DNA of 64,000 bases from the NCBI GenBank assembly GCA_963813025.1, contig CAWEXO010000011.1, positions 160,001 to 224,000 on the forward strand, in the 5' to 3' direction. Numbering within the stretch: the first letter of the stretch is position 1; each line of letters opens with the position of its first letter. Origin of the DNA: an uncultured Verrucomicrobiae bacterium (GTDB lineage Bacteria; Verrucomicrobiota; Verrucomicrobiia; Chthoniobacterales; JAFAMB01). A program made the translations under genes and the position numbers. The notes beneath the pieces are model-generated. The model did not search any database and was not told where the DNA came from. It was given only the letters and a program-made list of their open reading frames with translations. Below, piece after piece: positions 42,245 to 52,481 of the stretch.

Positions 42245-44475
42245 TCAGGGAGTGGCCATCAGACGCGCCAAAGAAAAATACCATGCTTTGGAAGAGTTCC
42301 TCCACACCCCACCTTAGTAGTCGACCCTGCGTCTCGATTTGTAAATCGACTACCCCCGACATCCCCAAGCCGGGAAGCGGCTACACCCAAGGCAGGCACA
42401 GATGGACTGCGCCGCAGTCACGTCCTCGGACAGAAACGCTCACTAGCAGCGCGATTGGCTCTCGTTGAAGAGAACCTGGTCCAGGCGGGCGCTCTCCACC
42501 GAGAGTTCGACAGCCGCGCCGATCCGTCGCAGCGCCGGACAAGCAGCACTCCGCCAACGCAACGGCCAAGCCGCCTTCGGAACAGTCGTGCGCACTGCGG
42601 GCAAGTGCCTCCCGGATCAGATGCCGGACCGCCGCTTGGACAGCCAGTTCCCGCTCATAATCAATCGCGGCGGCCGCCCCTCTTTCCTCCCGTGAACTGT
42701 TTTCAGATATTGCGAGCCGCCCAGTTCGTCACCGATCTCGCCACCAGGAAAATCGCATCGTCCTCTGTCTGGAACCCTTGACGCGTGATCCAGCGTTCTT
42801 CCTCGATCAGCCCCACCATTCCAACCGTCGGCGTCGGATCGACCGGACCATGGGGATTTTCATTGTAGAGGCTGACATTTCCTCCGGTGACCGGTGTGCT
42901 CAAACACCCGGCAAGCCTCCGCCAGTCCTTCGACCGACTCGCGCAACTGCCAGAAATTCTCGGGCCGGTAGGGATTGCCGAAGTTAAGATTGTCCGTCAC
43001 AGCCAGCGGAGTCGCCCCGGAGCAGGCCAGGTTCCGGGCGGCTTCGGCGACCGCGATCCGGGCTCCTTCTCGCGGATCGAGCTTGCAGTAGAGTGCGTTG
43101 CAATCGCTGGTCGCCGCCAAGAATTTGTCTGCCTCACGAACGTAAAACACCGCCGCGTCCGAACCCGGCGCGACGACGGTTCCGGCCCGGACGGTATGAT
43201 CGTATTGCCGGTAAACCCAGTTCTTCGAGGCGATGGTCGGATGCGCCAACAAGTCGGTAAAGGCTTTGCTCCGGATCAGCTTCGGCGGGCCGTGGACTAG
43301 ATCCAGTTCTCCGGGCGCTTGCGGGCGCTGAGCTTCCCGCGTTCGTAAACCGGCGCATCGTCCGCCAGCTTGTCGGCCGGAATTTCGACGACCACCGTGC
43401 CATCATTCAAAACGCGCATGAATCCGTCATCGGTGACTTCTCCGACCATCGCATAGGGCAGATCCCATTTTTCGAAGATCTGCTCGACGAGACCCTCCTC
43501 GCCCCTCGCTTGGACGATGATCAGCATCCGTTCCTGCGATTCGCTCAAGAGAATTTCGTAAGGGCGTCATGCCCGGCTCGCGTTTCGGAACACGAGCGAG
43601 ATCGATCTGGACTCCGGTGCCTCCGCGACTAGCGGTCTCGCAAGTGGAGCAGGTCAGTCCGGCGGCGCCCATATCCTGGATTCCCGCCACAGCAACCGTG
43701 GCCAGAAGCTCCAGGCAGGCCTCCAAAAGAAGTTTGCCTTTGAAGGGATCGCCTACCTGCACCGCCGGCCGATCTGCCTTGATTCCTCGGTCAGATCGCG
43801 CGAGGCAAAGGCCGCTCCGGCCAAACCATCCCGCCCGGTCTCGGCGCCAACATAGAAGACTGGATTGCCAATCCCCTGTGCCGCTCCGCGAGCAATCTGC
43901 TCGTGGCGCAGAACGCCCAGACAAAACACGTTGACTAGCGGATTGCCCTCGTACGATTCGTCAAAATAGATTTCGCCGCCAATGGTCGGGCACGCCGACG
44001 CAGTTGCCGTAATGCGAAATCCCGCTGACGACTCCGCGCAAGAGCCGGCGATTTTGGCGGTGCCGCGCGGACGAATCCCTCGATCGGACCGAAGCGCAAG
44101 CGAATCCAGGAGAAAGACCGGTCGCGCGCCCATGGTAAAAATGTCGCGAATTATTCCGCCCACGCCAGTCGCCGCGCCCTGGAACGGCTCAATCGCGCTG
44201 GGATGATTATGGCTCTCCATTTTGAACGCGACTGCCCAGCCGTCACCGATATCGATCACGCCGGCATTTTCCTCTCCGGCGTTCACCAGCACGCTTGGAC
44301 CGGTAGTCGGGAACTTTTTCAACTCCGACCGGGTATTTTTGTAGGAGCAATGCTCGCTCCACATCACCGAGAAAACACCAAGTTCGGTGAAGTTCGGCTC
44401 GCGTCCGAGAATCCCTTTGATGCGATCGTACTCGTCGCTCGACAGACCGTGCTGACGGATGATTTCAGGGTTCAC
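42245..44475 (-). CDS. purL: FGAM synthase subunit PurL; many frameshifts
   Basis: [66 protein letters not shown]. Confidence 0.93.
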
Positions 44476-44515
44476 TTTGACGTCTCACGTTTCAGGTTTC
44501 GCGTCGGAAGAAGGT

Positions 44516-44659
44516 TAACCACAGATTTCACAGATTTTCACAGATTCGGAGAAGACGAAGGCGGCTTCGGGCCAAACGCGACAGCAATTCGCGGCTTCCA
44601 ACATTCGCAAAAACTTTTGGCTAGTTTGAATCGGTGAAAATCGGTGCAATCTGTGGTTA
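44516..44659. repeat. CACAGAT-periodic palindrome between purQ and purL
   Basis: TAACCACAGATTTCACAGATTTTCACAGATT ... AATCGGTGAAAATCGGTGCAATCTGTGGTTA. Confidence 0.75.
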
Positions 44660-44676
44660 CCCTTACGTTTTACGTT

Positions 44677-45366
44677 TCACGCTGCGAGCTGCATCATCGA
44701 GCGGAATAACAACAGCCCGTCGACGCTGCCGAGGCGCGCATCCCAAGCTCGATCAGGGTGCGGCATCATGCCCAGAACGTTGCGCGCTGGGTTACAAATC
44801 GCCGCGATGTTCGCCACGCTCCCGTTGGGGTTGGATTTGTCATCAGGCCGGCCAGAGGCATTCACGTAACGAAAAACGATCTGCTCATTGGCTCCCAGAT
44901 CTGCAATTGATTCGGGAGTTGCGAAAAAGGCGCCTTCGCCGTGCGCGACCGGCATTTGCAAGAGCTGTCCGCGTTCGAATCCGACCGTAAAGGGAGTATC
45001 CTGGGTTTCAACGCGCAGCCAGACGTTTCGGCAGACAAATTCCAGAGAACGATTTCGGATCAACGCGCCGGGTAAAAGCCCGGCTTCGCAAAGGATCTGG
45101 AAACCATTGCAAATACCAATTACTGGTATTTGCGTTTCGGCTGCTTCCCGGACCGCTTGCATAATGGGTGAAAACCGGGCGATCGCGCCGCATCGCAGAT
45201 AGTCACCGTAGGAAAAACCACCGGGTAGGACGATTGCGGAAAAGCCTTCCAAACTGGTTTCCTTGTGCCAGACGTAATGCGCCTCGACGCCCAGACCGTC
45301 CGTGAGTGCGCGGAGGCAGTCCTGGTCGCAGTTTGATCCCGGGAATTGAATCACGGCGATCTTCAT
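44677..45366 (-). CDS. purQ: FGAM synthase glutaminase subunit
   Basis: [33 protein letters not shown]. Confidence 0.96.
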   Translation of the reverse strand: MKIAVIQFPGSNCDQDCLRALTDGLGVEAHYVWHKETSLEGFSAIVLPGGFSYGDYLRCGAIARFSPIMQAVREAAETQIPVIGICNGFQILCEAGLLPGALIRNRSLEFVCRNVWLRVETQDTPFTVGFERGQLLQMPVAHGEGAFFATPESIADLGANEQIVFRYVNASGRPDDKSNPNGSVANIAAICNPARNVLGMMPHPDRAWDARLGSVDGLLLFRSMMQLAA

Positions 45367-45614
45367 GAAGCTGCACCGGTCTCCGAGGGCGGCTCGATCG
45401 CATAGTCCTCGACGACCGGGTTGGAGAGAAGATCTCGGCAAATTTCCTCGAGCTTTTCTCTGTCGGGCGCTTCGCTGAACTCGAGTTCCAGGAATTTGCC
45501 GACGCGCACCTGGGAAATCGTTTCGAGACCGACTTCGCGGATCGCGTTGCGCACCGCCACGCCCTGAGGATCCAATACGGTTTGTTTCGGCATTACTGTC
45601 ACGTGCAGCTTCAT
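45363..45614 (-). CDS. purS: FGAM synthase subunit PurS
   Basis: [25 protein letters not shown] overlap with purQ. Confidence 0.94.
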   Translation of the reverse strand: MKLHVTVMPKQTVLDPQGVAVRNAIREVGLETISQVRVGKFLELEFSEAPDREKLEEICRDLLSNPVVEDYAIEPPSETGAAS

Positions 45615-45814
45615 CGGAGGAAATCCATACTCGGGGTCGTTGCCGGACTCGTCAAGGAGGGCTGCGGCTGACGACCCGGGCGAAAATCTCGCATTGATAT
45701 GGATCGGCGCGGACATCCTGCGACTCCTGTAATCCTGCTCATCCTGCTCCGTTCCTTCACATTCCGTCCGCTTTGAAGTAGTATTTTCCGCTCGCATGCG
45801 CTTAAGATAGGACC

Positions 45815-46677
45815 GTGTTCAGTCTGACCCTTCTCGGCAGTGGGAGTCGGGGAACTGCGCGCTCCTAGCTACCGGGACCTGCCGCGTTCTGATCGATGCC
45901 GGACTCAGCGCGCGCCAGATCTGCCAACGACTGCAGAACGTTGGTGTCTCTCCAGAGTCGATCAATGCGATCCTGGTCACACACGAGCACGCGGATCATG
46001 TGACCGGGCTGGAGGTTTTTTGCCGGAAATATCCGGTACCGGTCTACTGTAACGCCCGCACAGCGGAATCACTGAGCTATGGGGGGCTGGCGGAGCATTG
46101 CTTTTGGCGTTTGTTTGAGACCGGATCGGTTTTCGAACTGAAGGATCTTGTTGTTCAAACATTTTATGTGCCGCACGATGCGGTTGATCCTGTTGCATAC
46201 GTGTTCACCAACGGGTGCGGATCAATCGGGTATTTGACTGACTTGGGTTACGCGCCTCGACTCGCGCGAGAACGGTTGCGCGATGTTAATACCCTCGTGA
46301 TTGAAACGAATCACGACGAACGCATGCTCCAGGACGACGCTCGCCGTCCCTGGTCAGTCAAGCAACGGATCCTTTCCCGGCATGGTCATTTGTCAAACGG
46401 CGCTGCGGCCCGATTTGTCGCGGAGATCGCCGGCAACGATTTACGCCGGGTCATCCTGGGACACCTGAGCCTCGAGTGTAACACGCCCGATCTGGCTCTT
46501 GCCGCGATGGACGCGCTGGGGTTGGCCGACCTCGAGTTGCACTGTGCCAGCCAGCATCAGGTGAGTCCTGCTTTCCAAATTGAGAGAAAGCCGCGATCAA
46601 CGATGCAGGAGAAGGTAAATCCAGTTCGCCATGATCGCCGCCCCGAGAGCGACGGCCAACGGCTTTTTGATTTGTGA
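45815..46677 (+). CDS. MBL-fold metallo-hydrolase (YycJ/PhnP-like); frameshift near 45850
   Basis: LGSGS.GNC, LIDAG, THEHADH, HDAVDP, TDLG, ETNHD, GHLSN. Confidence 0.85.
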
Positions 46678-47118
46678 TCCATTCACCGGCAAACGGATAG
46701 CCGGATAGCGCAAAGTGAGTACGGCGACGGCATAAAGATCGACCAGCAGCACCGCGCAAAAAAGAAGGCACATGAGTGGGTTGAGCAGAAAAGCGCGTCC
46801 AAACTGGCCGTGGACGAGTCCGAGCGCGCAGCGCGTAGATCCGCAGGCTGGGCAAGGGATTCCAAACAGGTGTCGTAGCCAACACTTCGGCCAGGGCAAA
46901 CCGAGATACAGCCAACCTAAACAGCCGGCTCCGAAAGCGACTGTACCGGCGAGGAACCAGGCGATCGCTTGCCTCTGCGCTGCCGAGTCGGTTGCGCTCT
47001 GGTTAAAAGCCGGTTTTGAAATAAACGATTCCAAAATGCTTAGAATTTCTTCCTTCAAAGAGCAGCAGAAATCTTCGGCGTAGTGGAAACTTCGGCTGCC
47101 GCAGCTTACATTACTCAC
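46597..47118 (-). CDS. DUF2752-like membrane protein (start uncertain)
   Basis: C.LRHLFGIPCPACGSTR...AFLLNPL, C-terminal NWIY. Confidence 0.75.
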   Translation of the reverse strand: MSNVSCGSRSFHYAEDFCCSLKEEILSILESFISKPAFNQSATDSAAQRQAIAWFLAGTVAFGAGCLGWLYLGLPWPKCWLRHLFGIPCPACGSTRCALGLVHGQFGRAFLLNPLMCLLFCAVLLVDLYAVAVLTLRYPAIRLPVNGSQIKKPLAVALGAAIMANWIYLLLHR

Positions 47119-47155
47119 AAACCTCTTCGACTGCCTAGGCGAAGAGGTTTGCGAG
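47113..47155. other. Hairpin between the YIP1 and DUF2752 genes
   Basis: CAAACCTCTTCG-ACTGCCTAGG-CGAAGAGGTTTG. Confidence 0.45.
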
Positions 47156-47165
47156 CAATGCGGGC

Positions 47166-48047
47166 CTAATGAAGATCTCGTTGGGCTTGGCTAAGAGCAA
47201 AGAAAACCAGGCCGATTCCTGCGGCAAAACAGAGTAGAAATGGGGCAAGCAGAGCCACACCCGCTTTCCACGTTTCGATTTCGTGCACCCGGCGCAGCCC
47301 GGTTACACCGACGATGAGAAACCAGACCATGCTCACCAGAACGCCGATGCACGGTACAATGGTAAAAATGCTCGCGGCATTGGAGTAGCTCACAACTTTG
47401 TAGGTGGCGGCGTAGCCACGTCGATTACCGCCGACCAGCATGAGCACCAGGTGATAAATCCCGGACGCCACGAAGTTCCACGCGAGAGCCAGGAAAAAGC
47501 CGAGCACGGCGACGATTGGCAGGAAAGCAGTCGGGGTGGCCAAGCCGAGATCCGTTTCATTGGCGTGCGCCAAGCTCCGGCTCAAAGGGAAAAACGCCAG
47601 ATTGAGAAGGACCGAAACAAGTAGTGATAAGCCGATAATGATGGCGTAGAACCCGGTGGCACGCCCGATCTGCCCGTTCACCGGCAATCGGGCAAAGGTG
47701 GGACCGGGTTCAAAGAGCACTTGACGGAAAGTCGTGAAAAAAGCTTTGGTCAGAGGCATGCCTCCCGGATTCTCCCAAGCCGGAGCGGGTTCGGTCGAGG
47801 CCGCCACCAGCTGAGCCTGCGGCGCGCTTTCACTGGGGAGAACAGCAGGGATCGCCTGTCCGGCTCCTTCCGGTTCAGGCGGCGGAATCCGTACTCCAGG
47901 AAGTTCCGAAAGAGGTTTCCAGGCCGGCATCCCTTCCTGCCATGCGAGGTCGGTCGGAACGAGTTGTCCTTGTTCCAAGCGGCGTTGCACCTCTTCCAGC
48001 GAAAACGTGCCAACGTTCTGTCCGGCGCGGTTGATCCAGATTGTCAT
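47166..48047 (-). CDS. GYF_2 (DUF4339) plus YIP1-like membrane protein
   Basis: IWINRAGQNVGTFS...DLAWQEGMPAWKPL, then VLFEPGPTF and several TM helices. Confidence 0.8.
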   Translation of the reverse strand: MTIWINRAGQNVGTFSLEEVQRRLEQGQLVPTDLAWQEGMPAWKPLSELPGVRIPPPEPEGAGQAIPAVLPSESAPQAQLVAASTEPAPAWENPGGMPLTKAFFTTFRQVLFEPGPTFARLPVNGQIGRATGFYAIIIGLSLLVSVLLNLAFFPLSRSLAHANETDLGLATPTAFLPIVAVLGFFLALAWNFVASGIYHLVLMLVGGNRRGYAATYKVVSYSNAASIFTIVPCIGVLVSMVWFLIVGVTGLRRVHEIETWKAGVALLAPFLLCFAAGIGLVFFALSQAQRDLH

Positions 48048-48122
48048 GACCTCTCGCGTTGTAGAGTATCGAGGCGAAGATGCCAACGCCGAAAATGGAT
48101 GGCGGAAGGAAATCGTCGCCCG

Positions 48123-48277
48123 TCCTGGATGAGCTCCCGAGTACGGACAAGCCTTCGCCGCGGCCCGGATATGGAATGGCACAAACGTTTGACCGGAGGG
48201 CGCGCCATAGCCTTGCGGAGGCGGCCTGCTCGTCCAAATCGAGACGCGATCCAACACTAGGAGGTCAAGCTGGAGCT
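48123..48277 (+). repeat. Dispersed intergenic element, copy 2
   Basis: Inverted homologue of 21427-21582. Confidence 0.85.
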
Positions 48278-48441
48278 TGCCCCTGGCGACTTTGGGTAGT
48301 TGCGAGACAATCGCTTGAGAGCGGCCCTCGGCGCTGAAGCGCAGGCCTACTTTCTTGCACCTCCTTCCTTCTTCGCGAAACCTTCGGCGGGCACAGCCGG
48401 AGCGAGAGCAAAGATCCAACAGGTGGACCATCAAGCTCTCG

Positions 48442-49620
48442 TTACCGGCCCAAAAAGTCGCCCAGGATCGCGTATGCTTGGATCCGGTCGCACAGAATTT
48501 TGGTTGTAGCCAAAATCGGAACCGCCAAAAGCATCCCGGGAACTCCCCAAAGCCAGCCCCAAAAGAGGAAAGAAAGAATGATCGCGAGCGGATTAAGGGT
48601 CATCCACCGGCCAAGAATATGAGGAGTGATAAAGTTGCTCTCCGCCGCATTGAGAAGCAGGTAGAGAGCTGGGCAGAGACTCGCGTACCAGACGCTGTCA
48701 AACTGGATCAGCGCCGCAACGGCCACCATCGCGATCCCACAGGCTGAGCCGATGAAAGGAATATAGTTCAAGAGAAAAGCGACCGCGCCCCACATCACGC
48801 CATTGTGCAAGCCCAGCAGAGTCAGGCCCAGACCGACACAGAACCCGAGGCCAAGGTTCAACAGGGTTACCGACGTCAAATAACGCGAGATTAACCCCTG
48901 AATTTCTTCCGCAATCTCCACGACGCGCCGCTTATCATCAAATGTCGGGACGGCCTTCACGATTTTCAACAGGGTCGAGCGTTGGTGGGCCAGGAGGAAA
49001 TAGCCCAGGACAAGAACAACAACGACCCTGGCGAGAAATGCGGGCGTTTGACTAAAAAGAATCTGTAGAAGGGAATTCTGGCGAAAGGCGACCAGCATGG
49101 CCGCAGAACCCTCGTTTGAGCGCACCAGCCGTTCCACCTGCTGGGAGGTTCGGCCTAGCTCATGCCAGGGTCCGAGTAAAAAGGCGGTCTTACTCTGAAT
49201 CTTCCCGATATATGTCGGGAAATCACTCATAAAGGCAGCCAACGGTTGCTTCACCAACGACCCAACGCTGAGCAGACAAATTAGCAGAATCAGCACGGCC
49301 AGAACGGACCCGAGCGGCGCGGGAATATGAAACTTTCGGAGAAAGCGAACAATCGGCATCAAAAGAAAACTCATTAAGACCGCCAGGACAACCGGCAGAA
49401 CGAATTCGGAAGCGAAATACAGCGTGTAAAAAACTGCTAAAATAAATAAGCCGCTTATCGCGATTGACTTAATACTGGCGGGAGAAGCAGCGGCAGTTTG
49501 CACCGACTCCGGAAACGGAGTTGGCGGTGCTTCGCCCGGCTGCTCCACCGGAAGATCAGTCCCGGCCAGCGAAGGATCGCGTTTTTCTAAACTGGCCAAG
49601 CCGCTATTCATCCCAAACAA
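48442..49620 (-). CDS. AI-2E family transporter
   Basis: LLNYIPFIG, ITPHILGRWMTLNP, FWGWLWG..GMLLAVP. Confidence 0.88.
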   Translation of the reverse strand: MFGMNSGLASLEKRDPSLAGTDLPVEQPGEAPPTPFPESVQTAAASPASIKSIAISGLFILAVFYTLYFASEFVLPVVLAVLMSFLLMPIVRFLRKFHIPAPLGSVLAVLILLICLLSVGSLVKQPLAAFMSDFPTYIGKIQSKTAFLLGPWHELGRTSQQVERLVRSNEGSAAMLVAFRQNSLLQILFSQTPAFLARVVVVLVLGYFLLAHQRSTLLKIVKAVPTFDDKRRVVEIAEEIQGLISRYLTSVTLLNLGLGFCVGLGLTLLGLHNGVMWGAVAFLLNYIPFIGSACGIAMVAVAALIQFDSVWYASLCPALYLLLNAAESNFITPHILGRWMTLNPLAIILSFLFWGWLWGVPGMLLAVPILATTKILCDRIQAYAILGDFLGR

Positions 49621-49740
49621 GTATACCAGACAAGTTTCAATCGCGCCGGGCGCCTTCGCTGGTTGTGAAAATTGTCATGTGCAATGGGCCTCATAAGGCG
49701 TCAACTGGGGAGGAGGTCTCTGGAGGATGTCGAAGGCATG

Positions 49741-50052
49741 TCAATAGAAGGTGATAGTCGACTCCCCCACCCGGTGGATTGAAGTGGGTGGTCCAAAGTC
49801 TGGGTGCGGCAGGTCAGAGATCCGGCGAAGTTCAAACTTACCAATCTGCCGATTTGGACCGGGATTGATTGCCATCAGAATTAAATCAGCCGCTGTTTCG
49901 GCCAGCTCCGGTTCATTCCGGCTACGTCCGTAAGGGTCGACGATTTTCACCTTGGCCACGCACCGCAGAACCTCCCCTGGCTGATCCGATTGACTGCCAT
50001 GGCCCGTGCCCGTCAGTTCGGCCGTAGACTCAAAAAAAGCGAACTCGCTCAT
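49741..50052 (-). CDS. Hypothetical protein
   Basis: 103-aa ORF filling the gap between the AI-2E gene and ligD. Confidence 0.4.
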   Translation of the reverse strand: MSEFAFFESTAELTGTGHGSQSDQPGEVLRCVAKVKIVDPYGRSRNEPELAETAADLILMAINPGPNRQIGKFELRRISDLPHPDFGPPTSIHRVGESTITFY

Positions 50053-50190
50053 CTCAGCTTGGACGAACCAAATTGCTCGTCATTCAGATTCGTGCGCCGG
50101 AATAAAAAGCCCCATATAATAAGCTCTAAGGATCCACCAGGGCGACTACTTTTTAGCGCCCCTTGGACCAGATCCACCCCGCCGTTTCCA

Positions 50191-51735
50191 ATGAAAAAAT
50201 CGATTCGCCAGCTCCAGGCCTACCGGGAAAAGAGGAAGTTTGCGAAAACACCGGAGCCAGAGGGGAAAATTCAGCCCGCCGGAAAACACCCCCGCTTTGT
50301 TGTCCAAATGCATGCCGCGACGCGTCTGCATTACGATTTTCGGTTGGAAGCTGACGGTGTGCTGAAGAGCTGGGCAGTACCCAAAGGTCCATCGCCCAAC
50401 CCCAAGGACAAGCGTCTCGCCGTGCAAGTCGAAGATCATCCCCTCGATTATATCGACTTCGAAGGCATTATTCCCGAAGGAAATTACGGAGCAGGCCAGG
50501 TGATCGTGTGGGACCGCGGCTTTTTTGAGCCGGTCGGCGATCCGGTTTCAGCCGGAATAGAGAAGGGGCACGTAACGGTGATCCTCCAGGGCGAAAAACT
50601 GCAAGGCGAGTTTGCGCTCGTCCGTCTCAAGAACGATGCCGACAAACGCAATTGGCTGCTCATCAAAGCCAACGACGAATTTGCTTCGGCCGAGCCTCTC
50701 ACCGATCACCGCTCGGTACTGTCGCGGCGGACTCTGGCCATGATTAAAAAGGAGAAGTCGCCAAAGCGCTGGATCAGCCGGCGAAAAAAAAATACCGAAA
50801 AGAATACCGTCATCCCGGCCGAATTCAGCCCCATGCTCCCGCAATCCTCTTCGGCTCCGTTCGACGACCCGGACTGGATCTTCGAGCCCAAGTGGGACGG
50901 ATACCGCGCGATTGCCATTCTGCAACCCAACGGTTTCAAATTGGTTTCGCGAAACGCCAAGTCTTTACAGGATCGTTTCCCGGAAATTGTGAACGCCTTG
51001 CGCGAATCAGGATTGACCGGCTTGCTGGATGGGGAAATCGTCGCGGTCGATACTCAAGGGATCCCCCGTTTTCAGCTGCTGCAGAATTCGGCTGCTACGC
51101 CGGCTGAGTCGATCATTTACGAAGTATTCGATGCGCCTTATCTCGACGGCGAAAACCTGACCGGTTTCCCGCTGCTGGAGCGGAAGGAACGATTGCGGAA
51201 ACTTCTGCCGGCCGGCGCCAATGTTCGTTACAGTGATCATGTGGTTGGGCGCGGTCGGGACTTTTTTGCCGTCGCGACGCGACGCGGTTTAGAAGGGATG
51301 ATTGCCAAGAAAGGCGCCAGTCTCTATGAGCCGGGGAAGCGCACGAGCAATTGGCTAAAGATCAAAGCCAGAGCCCAGCAAGAGGCGATCATTTGCGGTT
51401 ATACCGAAGGCAAAGGGTCACGAAGCCGTTTCGGTTCTATCATCCTCGGTGTCTACGATGACCGCGAGCGACTGCGCTACGCGGGGCATACCGGCACGGG
51501 ATTTACGGAAAAGACAATCGATGATCTGCTCGGCAGGTTTAAACTTTTGATCAGTGCTCAGTGCCCGTTTGCCACCCGCCCCAAGACTAATGGCAAAACG
51601 TTCTGGCTCGAACCCAAACTGATTTGCGAAGTCGCATTCCAAGAGTGGACCGGCGAAGGTATTATGCGGCAACCCGCTTACCTGGGTTTGCGGGACGACA
51701 AGAACCCGGCCGAGGTCAGGCGAGAACCATTGTAA
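50191..51735 (+). CDS. ligD: NHEJ DNA ligase D, phosphoesterase plus ligase domains only
   Basis: FVVQMHAATRLHYDFRLE..GVLKSWAVPKGPS, EDHPLDY, EPKWDGYR, LDGEIV, EGMIAK, WLKIK, GLRDDK. Confidence 0.9.
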   Translation: MKKSIRQLQAYREKRKFAKTPEPEGKIQPAGKHPRFVVQMHAATRLHYDFRLEADGVLKSWAVPKGPSPNPKDKRLAVQVEDHPLDYIDFEGIIPEGNYGAGQVIVWDRGFFEPVGDPVSAGIEKGHVTVILQGEKLQGEFALVRLKNDADKRNWLLIKANDEFASAEPLTDHRSVLSRRTLAMIKKEKSPKRWISRRKKNTEKNTVIPAEFSPMLPQSSSAPFDDPDWIFEPKWDGYRAIAILQPNGFKLVSRNAKSLQDRFPEIVNALRESGLTGLLDGEIVAVDTQGIPRFQLLQNSAATPAESIIYEVFDAPYLDGENLTGFPLLERKERLRKLLPAGANVRYSDHVVGRGRDFFAVATRRGLEGMIAKKGASLYEPGKRTSNWLKIKARAQQEAIICGYTEGKGSRSRFGSIILGVYDDRERLRYAGHTGTGFTEKTIDDLLGRFKLLISAQCPFATRPKTNGKTFWLEPKLICEVAFQEWTGEGIMRQPAYLGLRDDKNPAEVRREPL

Positions 51736-51866
51736 ATGCCACAAATCAAAAAACGCCACAAATGCCACAAATAGAGGATCGTTCATTCGGACCTGTGGAT
51801 CGCGCGAAGAACGCTCTCTTTATTCGTGGCATTTGTGGCATTTTTTGATTTGTGGCATTTACAATG
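51728..51866. repeat. Long GCCACAAAT-periodic inverted repeat
   Basis: 26-bp perfect arms CATTGTAAATGCCACAAATCAAAAAA, extending imperfectly to about 46 bp. Confidence 0.85.
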
Positions 51867-51916
51867 TTGCTACGGCGAAGCAATCGATAGACTGTTAGCA
51901 AACTATCGTAACCCCT

Positions 51917-52135
51917 ATGACAAAGGAAATTCATCGACTTGACTATGTTCGCGAGGGTACCCGCTACACCATTCATGTGGAACAAGCAGACGATGGTGTT
52001 CGCTGGGGAACATGGAACTGCCAGGAATGCAATACCGGCGGCTCGACTAATAAACCCGCCGCCGACATTGACAGTGCCGTTGATGCGGCGAAAGCCGACC
52101 TGGAACGGCATCACACGATTCACCACAAGGTTTAA
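51917..52135 (+). CDS. Small hypothetical protein with CxxC and C-terminal His cluster
   Basis: WNCQEC ... HHTIHH. Confidence 0.6.
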   Translation: MTKEIHRLDYVREGTRYTIHVEQADDGVRWGTWNCQECNTGGSTNKPAADIDSAVDAAKADLERHHTIHHKV

Positions 52136-52138
52136 ATA

Positions 52139-52245
52139 TTGCGAATGCCACAATAAAAGATCCTGCCTTCGAACCCGCAAGCAGTGCGAAAAATGACCTC
52201 ATCTTTTGTGGCATTTGTGATTTTTTTTGATCTGCGGCATTTACA
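52139..52245. repeat. Degenerate second GCCACAAAT-family palindrome
   Basis: AATGCCACAA ... TTGTGGCATTTGTGATTTTTTTTGATCTGCGGCATTTACA. Confidence 0.7.
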
Positions 52246-52276
52246 CAACATTCCGTTGGCTTTCACAGAGAACCGG

Positions 52277-52418
52277 TCTTGGAGTGCACTCGGCTTGTCG
52301 CCGCTGTCGGACCGGAGCGCGGCCTTCAATCAAGAATTCGGCACTCGCTGTTTCGTTCTCGGTCTAAGCCGCGCTCCGCGCTATCTCAAAGCGGCGACAA
52401 GTCGCACGCACTCCAAGA
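52277..52418. repeat. REP/REPIN-like long hairpin
   Basis: TCTTGGAGTGC..CTTGTCGCCGCT..CGGAGCGCGGC pairs with GCCGCGCTCCG..AGCGGCGACAAG..GCACTCCAAGA. Confidence 0.75.
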
Positions 52419-52481
52419 CATGCTGTTAATTGGCATGGGCTTGGAAAGTGAAAAGCGGCCGTTTTAACCGGGTTGTTTCCA

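Noticed and set aside
39746..44475. Apparent pseudogenisation or programmed frameshifting of purM, purF and purL
   Set aside because: Scattered single-base indels with otherwise intact motifs, also seen in cusA, cusB and dehydrogenases, fit long-read consensus error; needs polishing to confirm.
47166..48434. 422-aa ORF extending the YIP1 gene through repeat copy 2
   Set aside because: The GYF_2 domain begins at the ATG at 48047; the extension is non-protein-like read-through.
51728..52245. Possible CRISPR array
   Set aside because: Repeats are inverted arms with short internal periodicity, not direct repeats with regular unique spacers; no cas genes in the window.
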